Positions 40,496 to 53,600 of a stretch of DNA of 64,000 nt are shown piece after piece. Origin of the DNA: Negaprion brevirostris (taxonomy: Eukaryota); the NCBI GenBank assembly GCA_030324005.1, contig JARDVH010000133.1, positions 32,935,212 through 32,999,211 of the forward strand. The letters run 5' to 3'. The translations under genes were made by a program, and so were the position numbers. The notes under the pieces are model-generated. The model had not been told where the DNA came from. It saw only the letters and a list, made by a program, of their open reading frames with translations, and searched no databases. Each line of letters starts with the position of its first letter. Positions within the stretch are counted from its first letter, which is position 1.

Positions 40496-40627
40496 CTTAT
40501 ATTGTAGCTGTATACCACAGCATGAAAGAGGAATTGAGACGCAATGTTCCAGGATGTACCCCTATAAAGCGAAGAGGAGCCAGCCAGATCTCTCAAGAAC
40601 CAGCAGGAGAAACTGGTGCTTCAGCAG
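40496..40627 (+). CDS. POLE: POLE exon (about 44), (A)[34 protein letters not shown]...
   Basis: ctctttcag| acceptor, CAG|gtgaga donor, 132 nt. Confidence 0.95.
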
Positions 40628-41119
40628 GTGAGAAACTAGAAGCCAGATTCTCAGATCTGACCTGCATCAGGTAGCTGGGCACAAATGGCCAGAGAATCTA
40701 AAAGTGCAGAAAGTAGTGTTCAGAGCGACCACTGGTTTTCAGTAACATTTGTTAAATATATTTGGTTTTTAAAATAACTAATGATTTGACCTATGGAAAA
40801 TGAAAAATAACCTTTATCTTAGATGTGAGGAATGTAAATTAAACAAACTGCAATTTAATCAATAATAACCTTAACAAGGTGATTTTTTTTCCTATATGTC
40901 TACATGCCTTAGCATGAATATTTAAATTGTATGAAAAATAATGGATCATGTAACTTGCAAAAAGAAATTATCTATAAATGATATTAATTGCAATAATATC
41001 CTATTTTTGATTAAAATTTCTATGCAGGTAAACATTTTTCATTCAGTAGCTTTAGTGGTTTTAGTATTATTGTGGGTTCCACCTCACCCACCCTCAATTA
41101 TTGGTGCCAGATATAACTG

Positions 41120-41520
41120 AATGATGGCACACTTGATTCTGAGTCAAGGACTTGGTCGGTTCAATTTCCATTCCAGCCTTCAGTCCAGTGCAGTACTGAG
41201 GGAATATTGTATTGGCAGAACAGTGATCTTTCGAAAAGAGAAATTAAACTGAGGTTCCATCTGCCCACTCAGCTGGACATAAAACAATCTTGTGGCATTA
41301 TTTCAAAGAAGAACAAGGAATTCTCCATGATATCCTGTCCCAACATTTATCCCTCAGTCAACATTATTAACAAAAACATTATCTGGTTATTGTTACATTG
41401 CTTATGGTGGGCCCTTGCTCTGCACAATTTGGTTGCCACATTTCCAACCTCACAACAGTGACTATATTTTCTGTAATAGTGGCTGTAAAGCACTTGGGAA
41501 GTCATGGGATTTTGATGTTT
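41120..41520 (+). mobile_element. Deu-domain SINE (SacSINE1/AmnSINE superfamily)
   Basis: cagtgcagtactgaggga...ttaaactgagg...caacatttatccctca...ggctgtaaagcacttggga resembles the DeuSINE consensus as I recall it. More decayed copies at about 28330-28670 (+) and 43490-43750 (-). Confidence 0.7.
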
Positions 41521-41789
41521 TACAAAGCAGAAAAAGTGGAATGAGGTGTAGATCAGCCACAATATAATTCAAATAGACTAAATTGATTGTCCGTATAAGA
41601 TGGTCACCAGTAAATCCAATAAGAATTTTGCGGGGTAAAGATCTTTCTCTGAGGGGTGAGAATGTTGAATTTCCCGCCATGAGAAGTAATTGAAGTTAAT
41701 TGCATAGGGGCTAGCGAAATCCATGCATGGGCAAGAAATGAACAGGAAGATATGTTAATCGGGTGAAATGAACATGGGTGGGAAGCAAA

Positions 41790-42322
41790 GGTTCATGTAG
41801 TATTGTGAGCAGTTTTGGGCCCCGTTCCTAAGGAAGGATGAACTGGCCTTGGAAAGGGTCCAGAGGAGGTTCACAAGAATAATCCCTGCAATGAAGAACT
41901 TGTAAGAGGAATGGCTGAGAACTCTGGGTCTGTACTCGTTGAGTTTAGAAGGAAGAGGGGGGATCTTATTGAAACTCACAAGATACTGAGAGGCCTGGAT
42001 TGAGTGGACGTGTAGAAGATGTTTCCACTAGTAGGAAAAACTAGATCCAGAGGGCACAATCTCAGACTAAAGGGACAATCCTTGAAAACAGAGGTGAGGA
42101 GGAATTTCTTCAGCCAGAGAGTGGTGAATCTGTGGAATTCATTCCCGCAGAAGGCTGGAGGCCAGGTCATTGAGTGGCTTTAAGACAGAGAAAGATAGGT
42201 TCTTGATTAATAAGAGGATCAGGGGTTATGACAATGAGAAAAATATCAGCCATGATTGAATGGCAGAGCAGACTTGATGGATCGAGTGGCCTAATTCTGC
42301 TCCTATGTCTTATGATCTTATG
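41790..42322 (+). mobile_element. CR1 LINE 3' end
   Basis: EYCEQFWAP..LERVQRRFTR, RRNFFSQRVVNLWN, and a tcttatg tail. Confidence 0.88.
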
Positions 42323-42414
42323 CACCATTAATAGCAGCATTGATCAGTTGGACCATGTGATCTATTTATTTTAGTGTTGTTGATTTCACATCAATGTTTT
42401 ATTTTGTTCTGCAG

Positions 42415-42608
42415 GAATGATCACTTTCTCTCAGGAGTATGTATCTAATGAGCTCACACAAAACTTTTTCACTATCACTCAGAAGATTCAGAAGAAAGTA
42501 AGCAGCAATAGGCACTCTACTGAACCCTCTGAGATGTTCCCAGTTCTGCCAGGGTCCTATCTTCCATTCAATAATCCAGCACTAGAATTCATCAAATCAG
42601 TCTGTAAG
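42415..42608 (+). CDS. POLE: POLE exon (about 45), (G)[18 protein letters not shown]...[24 protein letters not shown]
   Basis: ttctgcag| acceptor, AAG|gtaagg donor, 194 nt. Confidence 0.96.
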
Positions 42609-44750
42609 GTAAGGCAAATAGAGCTGCAAATGTACCAAGAACAGTATAAAAGTGTTTAGGATTTACTGTTTTGAAATGGGGAGGGGTGGGACAGGTAAGT
42701 ATAATGTTCAAAACATTTTCTTTTTCACTTTAGAGATCCAGGTTCAAATTCAATCAACAGCAAAGGAAGAAGAGTATTTAACCTATAGTCAGAGAGGGCA
42801 GATGTCTCTTATAATGTTGCAAGTCTTTTCAGGTGTATCATCAACTTAAAGAAAGATAATTTCTTTCCTGGGTTTAGTGAGATTAAGAGCAGGAGTGGGT
42901 GATTCATTACTACTTTCCTGTCTGCCCTTCATAATACTTGACTTCCTTGAATCTAACTCTGCCTTGAATATGTTCAATGACCTAGTCTCCACTGCTCTCT
43001 AGGGAAGAGACTAATGACCCTTTGAGAGAAAAAAAAATTCTTTTAGTCTTTAATGGGAAATCTCTAATGTTTAAACTGCCTTCTAGTTCTAGCCTACCCT
43101 GTAAGGGGAGACGTCCTTTCAGCGTTGAGCCTCCTCAGGATCTTGCATGCATCAATAAATTCACTTCTCATTTTTTTAAAACACCAATAAAATTTAATTA
43201 TTAGTGTTACAAGTAGTCTTACATTAACACTGCAATGAACGTACTGTGAAAATTCCCTGGATTTACATCCCAATGGGTAATAGACCTGCTCAAAATCAGT
43301 TTCTGATGCCACAGACCAAAATTTGACGAAACACTTACGTTTTTACTAGAACTACCTTCATTTGGATTTTAGGAATTACACAAAACTGCTTATTGTCCTT
43401 TTTGAGAAGTGTATATCTTTTGGAACTCACAAGTTTGTTAACTGCTAAAAATTATAATATATTGTAAAGTACGTTCAAAATATGGTAAGCTATTGGAATG
43501 CAAGGGAAAGTCTGTACACAGCAATGTCCCACAATTAGTAAAATAATAAATGACCAAGTAGTCTACTTTTAGTGATGTTGGTAAAGGAATAATCTTTGGC
43601 CATGGCCATGGAAAACTTCAATAGGCCACACTCGGGTGGATGGGCCTCTGTTTAATACCTTGTCTGAAATACAGCAACTGTTATGGTTCTCAATACTGCA
43701 CTGANNNNNNNNNNATGTGCTCAAATCTTTGCAGGGGAACTTGAATCTAACTCTGCTATTCTTGACTGGGAGTCATAATATCTCTTCACCCTGTATCCCT
43801 TGGAAGGGATTTGAGTTGTTTACCTTCAAAGATGTAGCCTCTGAATTCCCTCAAAAGCCGCTCTGACTTAGACTGCCTCAATGAATGCTCACTTCCCGAT
43901 GGTTCAATCTCTCCTCCTGAGACTGTGTTCCATGGATTTCACAAAGCTGCAATCCTCAGTCCCAAGTAACGGCTTATTTCCAACTCTTGTGCCCCACCAG
44001 CTTACTAAGCTAGCATTGCTCCTGGATTTCTCCAAACATCCATCTCCTGGCTGCACCCAGGGCTTCTCTGAGCCCTAACTTTCTAGCACAGAATCAGTGA
44101 CCTTCCAACACCTCCGTTCCCCAGAACACCTCTGGGCCCCAACTGTCTGGAGCTTCTCTGTAAAATGCAAACAACACAGTCCATTATGCAACCAACCCCC
44201 TCTCCCAACAAACAAACAGATCAATTGAAACCAGAGAACCTTCTTAAGTTCCACCCATTTGCATGAGGAGGTAACTTTTCAAGATTCACTGAATGCTTTT
44301 AAACTGTTGAGTTCTAATTCCCAAAACAATATCTCTCTGTACTGCTTTCCTTTTCAAGCAAGAAGTGGAGACGTCATCTCCAGTTTTCCAGCTAAGTAAA
44401 GCCACCTACTGTTTTAGAGTTCTGTCTCTTCTATTCTGATTCTAATAAACAAACATAGGTAACCTTCTGAAATACCATTTTCTTCTAGATGTTCTCAAAA
44501 TCTCTAAAACCCAAATCTTCTGTTAGTTTCCCAGAAGTAAACATTACCTCTAAAATATTAACATGAACCCTGAATTAGATTGTCAGAAGATGAAATTGAA
44601 AATATTTCATTTCCAGTCTTTTAAGTTATAGCACCATGTTTGCCTAAGTATCAGTGATCTTGTATTTAAATGACAGTAAATGGCATTGCTCTTTACTATA
44701 TGTACATGATGCAAACACCAATATTGCAATGTACTCTTGTTTTCAAATAG

Positions 44751-44954
44751 ATACTGTCTCTGGATTCAAACATAACTAACCAGGTTAACAAGTTAAAACG
44801 GGATCTTCTACGCCTAATTGATGTAGGGGAATTCTCTGAAGAAGCTCAGTTTAAGGACCCCTGCCAGTCCTACATACTACCTGAGATTATCTGCAAGAAT
44901 TGCAACTTTTGCCATGACCTGGACCTTTGTAAAGACCCTTCCATCTTGCAGGAG
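44751..44954 (+). CDS. POLE: POLE exon (about 46), [20 protein letters not shown]...[22 protein letters not shown]; first half of CysA
   Basis: aatag| acceptor, GAG|gtaagg donor, 204 nt, CxxC present. Confidence 0.96.
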
Positions 44955-45254
44955 GTAAGGAGGGATTCAGCATTTCTTGCATTGTTATTACAGCAAGCAG
45001 GCAACTGAGAGTCTGATCTTGACGTAACCCGGTTATGAACAGTGGAGGGAATTGATTTTTTCATCAATATCTGAACTATTGTGTGCAATACAATGTAAGA
45101 GTGTCATATTTTCAGAAGTAAAGGGTCACACTTATTAAGCCATATTTTGTTTAAAAAGCTTTTTTAGTAAAATGTGCTTATTACTTGCATTTTAAAAAAT
45201 CAAACTTTGAAAAGGCGATATGGAAAAATTATCCAATGTTGATGAAATTTTTTT

Positions 45255-45800
45255 AAAAATTGTCCAGCTCAATGGGTATTTGCATACTGAGGGATCTATC
45301 CAATTCATGCCAATCCACTGCTCTTCCCAGAGGCTCTTCCATTTTCTTATTTTCTATTTGTATTTCCAGTTCTTGTTTGAAAGTTACTATTGAATATGTT
45401 TCCAAGTTTTTTAAGCAGTTTAATTCGACCCTAATTTGTTGAGTTCTGAACATATTCTAATGTCTCTGGTTCCTTTGAATAATTTGGTTTCCTATCTGTA
45501 GAAACAGTTTATCCTTATTTACTCTATTGAAATCCTTCATAATTTGCTCCAAAGAGAATAGTCTCAATTGTTTTGTCTTGCCATATAACTTAAGCGTCTA
45601 ATCCTTGGTGTAAGTCTGGTAAATTTCCTCAGCATCCTCTCCAAAATCTTGATATTCTTTCTAAAAATCCCTAGCAGAGGCCTAGCCAATGACTTGTCAA
45701 TGTTTTTGCATAACTTCCTTGCTTTTGCTTATGCTGAAAAAGCAAAGGATCTTGTGTGATTTTTTTCTTTTTAACAACTTTGTCAAATTCTACCTGCAAA
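45255..45800 (-). mobile_element. Degenerate CR1 3' fragment
   Basis: Reverse complement resembles the CR1 3' ends above. Similar pieces at about 7050-7160, 8240-9010 and 42880-43150. Confidence 0.6.
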
Positions 45801-47428
45801 CTAAAGGTGTTTTTAATGCAGCCATCCCTACTTGGCTATTCTGAATCATTGCAGAAAAATGAAATGGGTCAACTACAGGTGTAGCATGTGGAATTTACTC
45901 AGCAATAATCTGCTCCCTGATGCTCAGTTGGGTTTTAAGACCACTTGGCTCTAGATCTCATTACAGCATCAGTCCAATTATGAGAGCTAAATTCCAGAGG
46001 TGAAAGTGACAGCACTTTATAATATCAAGGTGGCCTTGGACAGAATATGAGACAAAGAATTCTAGTAAAAACAGAAGTAAAAGGAAATCAGGAAGGAAAC
46101 ACTCCACTAGCAGGAGTGGATGATTGTGGTTGATCACCTCAGCCCCAAGACATTGCTGCAGGAGTCCCTACAATCTGCCTCATCAGTGGATTCCACCACC
46201 ACCCCTGCCCCCCAGCCCACATATTATAAGACCAGAGGTGGATTTGTTCACTGATAATTGCTCATCATTCAACTTCATTTGCAATTCCTTTGCATACAAC
46301 AAAACATGGACAACATTCGTGCTTGGACTGGCAAGTAACATTTATGTCACACAAATGCTAAGTAATGACCATCTCTAACAAAAGTCTAACCACCTCCCCT
46401 TCACATTAAGTGGCATTACCATTGCTAAAGCCCAAACCATTGAACAGAAACTCAGTTGGACCAACCACAAAAATACCATGGCTATCTGAAAAAGCTGAAG
46501 GCTGTGAATTCTGCAGCAAATGGCTCACCACCTGATTTGCCAAAGCTTCTCCATAAGACACAAATCAGGAATATGATCAGGTATATTCCCCTGGGGGGGG
46601 CAGAGGGCTGCTGATGAAGCTTGATCATCCAGGGCAAAGCAGTTCACTTGACTGGCAGCCCAAACATAGCTAAACATCCCTCACTGCGGCACAGCATGGC
46701 ACATCCGTATGTATTATCTAAATATGCACGGCAAGGTTTCATCGACAGCAAATCCATAACCCCATCACCTAAAATAACAAACCGAAGTTGCATGAGAAAA
46801 CCATCATTTCCAAGTTCCCCTCTACAAGTCTGATACCACACTGATTTTGGCCTTTCCTTCATCCTCACTGGGTCAGAATCCTGACACTCCCTAATAGCAG
46901 TGGAAGTATCTTCCAAACATGGATTTCAGCAGTTCAAGAAAATGGCTCATTACCACCTTCCCAAGCGAATCTAGGAATAAGCAATAAATGCTAGCAATTG
47001 CTGGTGGCATCGTAACCCAATTCTTTTTTCCACATTAAAATTGGTTCTGTGATGCAGTAACAATGATAGTTGCTGACCATGGATAGTACAGTTTATTTCT
47101 AAATCGTATAAAATATGGTAAGACTCAGGTGTAAAAATTTTAATGTTTTTTTTAGTTTATTTATGTACAGACCCACTATGCTATCATTTAGGCATGTTTT
47201 CTTTTTTCCATTTTAATATTTAAAAGTAACTGAAGATATAGTTTCTCATTTTAAATGCTTTAAAGATTCTAACTCGTGTTTCTGTTCAAGATTAACATTT
47301 AAATTTTCTTTTGGAAATTGTTTTTGAATTATGATTATCTGCTTTGTCCTTAAATGCTTTAGCTCTTGTTCCTTGGATTGAGCTTCAATTTAGCAGACAG
47401 TGATTCTAACTCTTGTTACTTTTGGCAG

Positions 47429-47554
47429 GATGGCACTATATTACCAAAGTGGTGCTGCTCTAATTGCCAGACTGAATATGACTCAGATTCCATAGAAATG
47501 GAATTAGTAGAAGCACTGAAGAAGAAAATGATGGCTTATACCCTTCAGGATTTG
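47429..47554 (+). CDS. POLE: POLE exon (about 47), [18 protein letters not shown]...AYTLQDL; second half of CysA
   Basis: ttttggcag| acceptor, |gtacgt donor, 126 nt. Confidence 0.96.
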
Positions 47555-48448
47555 GTACGTTAATGCATGTCCATTTCTGACGTAGCCCATGGCTGAGTCA
47601 TCTTTGTTTTAATTCTACTTGCATCACATAATGGAATCCACACCCGCTGGTTAAAGGGTTGGTGCAATCTTGCTGATTTCTGAATAGATGTCAACTAACA
47701 TATTGTAAATTATATTTTTTACTTTGACCATGCAAAATAATCCTGAATTATACATGGCTGGAAATCTGAATGGAAACCCAATGCCAGAAACCTGGTGATA
47801 ATTCAATGGTGATAACACCAAATAACCTGTTTAGTTTGCAGGGCTATAGCTTTAATATTTTTAAGCAATTCAACATCCAGGAGAGCCAAGTATAAACCCT
47901 ATGTTCAGTATGTTTATCAGAATTAACTTGCATCTGTTTATTTGCCCATATTCCTATTTTGCCAACAAATTCTGTAATTTTGGAGCTGATTTGACTGCTC
48001 CTCCTTCCTCACCTGGGTTTCTGAGTCCAGGTCATGGAGATAACTTGCAACGGTCGTGGGCCCATTACAAATCTTACAGGTGATCTGCTCTGTATTATCC
48101 CAACCCAGTCTGTTATTCCAATTCTTGTCTCTTCACCTAATCCACTTGAATACGTATCACTGAATTTGAGCCAGACTGTCTCTTCTAGATTTAGCTGATG
48201 TGGTTTGTTAGTGATGGTGGCACGGGAGAAAGATGTGTTTATTCTGGGCTACACGCAAACCTTGCATTTTAATTTTGATTGATTGCACTGCTTTACACTT
48301 TGGCATTGAATCCCTTTGTTATTTGAATGCAGTTGTTGATCTGTGGAAACTAAATGTAAACCAAAATCAAAATTACCATATCTTCCAATTAATGTACTAA
48401 ATTTGTTTTAAAAACAAAAATTTAATTTCCTGTTTGTTTTCCTTCTAG

Positions 48449-48538
48449 GTTTGTTCAAAATGTAAAGGCATTAAAGAAGCCAACATGCCTATTTATTGTA
48501 GCTGTGCCCGGGACTTCGATTTGATCATTTCCATTAAG
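48449..48538 (+). CDS. POLE: POLE exon (about 48), [30 protein letters not shown]; CysB
   Basis: ccttctag| acceptor, AAG|gtgtgc donor, 90 nt, CxxC...CxC. Confidence 0.95.
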
Positions 48539-48868
48539 GTGTGCATCATTCCAAACCAGCATTTTATGATGTTGTTTGGATCAAAGTTGGGCGGACATGT
48601 CAGATGTTTTACCTGGTTTTGGTTGAAAATTTTTTCCTCTTACTTCTCTGCTTAATTTTTTTCCCCAAGAGTTTTTGGAAAAATCTAAAAATTACTAGAA
48701 TTTGTATTGAGCATCTCCAGACTTATTTTAATTTTGTCTCTGCGGTTCTTTACTGCCAATCACCACACATTCCCAAAATCCAACTGAATATCCACCTGTA
48801 TTATAAACCTTCTTGCATTTATATAATAAAATGGCCTAAAACATGCATTTTGTTTATTCTCTGTATAG

Positions 48869-48982
48869 GGATTTATGGAGCAAATCCAGGTATTCCGAAA
48901 TATTGCCAGACACTACAACATGCCCTTCCTTTTGGAGACTGTTGATTGGATGTTTAGGATGAATACGCACTTGAAGCCATGA
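48869..48982 (+). CDS. POLE: POLE last coding exon, GFMEQIQVFRNIARHYNMPFLLETVDWMFRMNTHLKP*
   Basis: ctgtatag| acceptor, 114 nt to TGA at 48980-48982, matches the POLE C-terminus. Confidence 0.96.
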   Translation, partial: GFMEQIQVFRNIARHYNMPFLLETVDWMFRMNTHLKP

Positions 48983-49404
48983 AGCATTACCAAGATGAAC
49001 AAATTTGAATGAAATTATGGACATCAGTGTTTATAGGTGTATTTGCAGTTAACCCTTTCTACATTGAAGTACTTGTTTAAATCTGTTGCTTTTGATCCCA
49101 GTGCAACCTCAGCATTTCTCCATTCTAATGGCTGACATGGTCTGAATAGCAATCAGCTGATTGGGAGGGTATAAGTCAAACACAGCAATTACTGTTTACG
49201 GACAAAATTATCGTCTCCATGGAACTGTTGGATCACGAAATGGGTTTTTTGAGTATCTAACTTAAACTGCAACCTGGTTTATTTGAGCTTGGATCCTGGT
49301 AAATTAACTTAATTACCTAGTTAAATAGCTTGCAGTTCACATTCATGCGAGCTCACTAACTACTAGATGTAGTACTACACCACTGGTAGGTGATAAATAT
49401 ATCG

Positions 49405-49565
49405 GGAGGCAGTGTGCTGTTTGCTGTTGGTGGGATCTCCTGGTCCCACCTCTGTTGATGGGATTTCCCATTGACCGCAACCTACGCCACTGGGAAACCT
49501 GCAGCGGGGTGGGTGCTGTCAGCAGGACCAGAAGATTCAGCTGGTGTGAACAGCTGGAAGATTCT
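49405..49565. mobile_element. Short GC-rich inverted-repeat element (MITE-like) in the putative 3' UTR
   Basis: ctgtttg..gggatctcctggtccc is imperfectly complementary to caggaccagaagattc..gaacag. Confidence 0.5.
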
Positions 49566-50280
49566 AGTCATCGTATTGTCATATTGTAATATATTCAAAA
49601 GTATTTTAAGTCTCAAATTGTTTTGACTAAGCTCAAGAAATTTCACTTGAACCTTGGAACAGAAGTTATGTGTTTGAATGCTGTCCCTGGTCTAATTTAT
49701 GCTGTCTAATTTATATAGTGTGTAAAACTTCACAGACGCCTTTTTGTGGGAATACTGGAGGGAATTTCAATTTCAAACAACATTCACAGGAATTAGTCCT
49801 CATTTTCCAATATATTCAACCCAGGTTTATAAAAAGATCATGGATCAGTCGTACATTGTGCGGAGGAGCTTATGGGGAAGTTCCCAAACTGTAGATTATA
49901 ACCACCTCTTGTATCCCCTTGTGCTAGTTCTAAGTAATGTACGTACTGAGTATCATCCGATTTTATCTCGGTAAGCCATCCATTGTATGTGAGAAATCAA
50001 AAGAGTCCACCTAGACATAGTCACCAGATAAATTGCTGAAAAATGGCAGCAGCAATGGAATTGCCAGTATTCTCATTTGTGATCTTGTAGATTTAAATTA
50101 TATTAGATATACTAATAATTCAACTGTGAAAAAATATTCGCAGTGTGTGGGAAAGGATTTATGTGTCCATCACATCTGCTGATGCACCAGCATGTGCATC
50201 GTGATAGCAGTGGTTAGATTAGTTATTAGCACAGCCAACAAGATGTTGCTAATAACTCCTACAACTAGTCTATGTTTCCA

Positions 50281-50375
50281 AATAAAAGCAAAGTACTGTG
50301 GAAAAAATATTCACAAACATATTTTTCACCACAAAGCCATGAATTTTTTTTAGAATTTAAGAGAAAGTGAATAAA
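50281..50375 (+). terminator. Candidate POLE polyadenylation signals (AATAAA at 50281 and 50370)
   Basis: First canonical hexamers I found after the stop, implying a 3' UTR of about 1.3-1.4 kb. Another lies at 51611. No transcript evidence. Confidence 0.4.
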
Positions 50376-50430
50376 ATGGAATCATTTAGTTTGCTAATTG
50401 ATTTATGTAACCAGACTAAATTAGGCCATA

Positions 50431-50623
50431 TTAAAAGCAAATTACTGCAGATAACAGAAACAGAAAATGCTGGAAAATCTTAGCAGGTCTGAGAGAAAAC
50501 AGCACTAATCTGTTGAGTCTGGATCACCCTTCATTAGAGCTTCAACAAAGTGTCACCCAGACTCAAAACATTAACTTTGTTCTCGCTATCAGACCTGCTG
50601 AGATTTTCCAACATCTTCTGTTT
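50431..50623. mobile_element. Family A palindromic element
   Basis: cagaaaatgctggaaaatcttagcaggtctga / tcagacctgctgagattttccaacatcttctg. Confidence 0.72.
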
Positions 50624-53600
50624 AAATTAGGCTGCAAGTATCTACATTGCTGTTAGCTATGCTCTGTTTATGTGGCTCAAATATTTCATCATTTATAGTG
50701 CAGACTGATGATTAATTGCAATCTGTGTAGCAGTCAGTCTTAAGTATTTTCTAAACTTCAATTTCTTTAAAAATTATAATGAGTTATGTAGAAGTTAATG
50801 ACCTTCCCCCTCCAATCTTGCATGACATAAGCTGGAAAATCACCTTGAACATGAGGCTTAAATAAGGAAAAATATTATGGCAGCATTTTTTTAGGTCACT
50901 AATTGTGTTTAACAATAATGCAGACTAATGTTAATAGACCTATGCATCTGGGCCTATGGCATTTTCACCTTCAACTCGGAAGACAGACTAGGTGGCTGGA
51001 AATCGAGTATATTTATGGCATAGCCCCTAATGTTTGGGCAGAATTTTTAATTTTTTTGTCCAAACATTTTAAAGTATGTTTGCTGGAAGCATTGTGCTGT
51101 TATTAAGAAGACCCATTGGTTAGAAGAATAATTAATCTCTGTTACTGGCACAATCTTTGCTATTTTGTCTGAGTTGACATTTCAACCGAAGCAGCATTTC
51201 TAAACAAACCAAATTAATCACTTTTTTAAATTTGTATTCTGGTTTCAAACCCACCAACTTCAGTTTAACCAAGTATGTTTTACTTGGTTACGTTTCCTTG
51301 GGACAAGATGATCGCAACAGAGAGAGGAAGAGTTTGAAGGCAGAGTCCTTGTTCTTTATCGGGTCATATTGACAATTTTATATCTTGATGTGTAAGCAGA
51401 ATCTTCAACCTTTTTCTATCTTTGCTTGAATTCTTGATGTTTGGAAATGTCTGCAGACAGCTATTTAGCTATAATTATCAATATAGTTTTTTAATATAGG
51501 GTTGTTTACAGTAAAGAGTGCTGCAGTTGATAAACACAGCAAGGACAATTTTAATTTCACTAATTGAACTTTATGCTGAAATTGTGTGAATATTTTAACA
51601 GTGCAATACAAATAAAATATCACCACTTCTGTGAAACTTGGGACACCCTCACACTTTGGTTTGTTTTCAACTTGTATACCAATCATCAGTGGTACTTAGT
51701 GACAATGCAGCAATTCTTTGGCATCAAATAGTACTTACAATGCCATTCAACCCTGTGCGTCCCAGTTGGTGTTTATGCTGCAGGTGTGCTTGCTCCCAAC
51801 CTCCTCCTAATATCATTAATATTTCCTTCTGTTCATTTTTCTGTTTTATTTAGCTTCCGCTCAAATGCAACTATGCCATTAGACTCAACTAATCTTAATG
51901 ATAACAAGTTTCACAATCTAACCACTCTCGAAGTAAAGAAGTTTCTCTTGAATTCCCATTTGGATTTACTGGTGACTATATTTATGATCCTATTTCTGGT
52001 CTTGCTCAGAATTGGAATTATCTTTTCTAAGTCCATTGTGTTAGAGAACCACTGCCTATGTTGTTCAGGTTTCTAAAGTAGCCAGGGAAAGGATATCCAA
52101 TCCAATCCTGATATCAACTGAAATTTCACTGGATGATGCAGAGTTTGCTTGGGTAATTAAAGCTTTGTCAGGGATTTCTAACCAGCCTTTTTCATGCCAG
52201 TATTGGTAAGTCAGTTTTGGAATGGAGTATACAAATATTTTAATGTGTTGTGGAAGAGGAAGGGAAGAATTGATTTGCATTTCAGTTCTTGTATTTGTTT
52301 TGCTGTGAGAGGCTGTTTAATATGGCAGTCAGGAATTTCCAATTTCTGATTTTTTTTTTTCACCCACTAATCAGCTAAACTCTTAAATTACTCAATGTTA
52401 TCTTGAAACTTAGTGTCTGTCCCTTTCGCAGACTTTCTAGTTGGATACTTGTCATAGGACAATATTCTAATCAGATTAATTTTAACACATTTTAAGACAA
52501 ACATTGAGGCAGTATTATTGTCTTACCTGATGTAGTGATTCCTTACACTTTTATTGAACCCCTACACTGAGTTTCCATTGATGTTTTTGAGGNNNNNNNN
52601 AGTTGGATCTGTTTTTTTTCCAGACGTAAATGGTTTGAATGGTTTAAATAGAACAGAAGTAAAGGTCTTCTAAATTTATCTATCTGCTCACCTTACTCGA
52701 TGTTCTGATGTTTTAAATTATCAAATGAATGTTTAAAAAGGGTGTTTTGATACATTTAGACTTGATTTAATTTAATTGGATACAGCCTGATTATTGGATC
52801 CCAAGTTAACTCTTTAAACTGATTTAATTTTACAGAGATATAACCATCAGGCAAGGACTCAGACACTGAATTAGCAAATAATACCTAAGATTATTTATTT
52901 ACTAGTGTCATAAGTAGACTTACATTAATACTGCAATGAAGTTACTGTAAAAATCCCTTAGTCGCCACACTCCATTTGGGTACACTGAGGAAGAATTTAG
53001 CTTAGCCAGTGCATCTAACCAGCACGTCTTTCGGACTGAAGTTATTGAAAATAAACAAAGTAAAGCAGCAGTATACTTATTGATTAACAAAATACTTTTC
53101 AATTAACTAATAAAAAGAAAACAAAAGTACACCTATGAATAATGCAGTACAGACTTCATTACTCAAAATGGATGGCCAGTCTGGAAGAAGCAGAAAGCAA
53201 CTTTGGTCCTTTGTGCCAAATGGTGTTTCCCTTTCTGGCTTCAAAGGAACTTCCACTATTCGTGCTCCATGCTGACAGGAATTTTGTCTTGTTCATAGCC
53301 CGATGCTACACTACTGATCCCTGTGTTAACAGGATCTCCCTTTGCCATCAGGATCTGTCAATCAAACCAGTTTCCCGCTACTTGGTGTAAACAACCAAAA
53401 TGGTTCCTGAAACTCTCTTTTACATCTAATTCTGGTATTACTCCACCTTGATCAAAGATGTTGCTAATAGTCAATTGGTCAATATTGTTGTACAGATTAA
53501 TTTCATTATTTCTAGCCATTTGCTCACATTGATTAAACACAAGGCAATGGATTCTTTCTAGACCTATTCTTTACCTCAAGGTTGCACTAGGACTAGAGCT

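Noticed and set aside
48541-48945. 134-aa ORF across the last POLE intron
   Set aside because: Intronic and out of frame with the last exon, with no recognisable protein similarity
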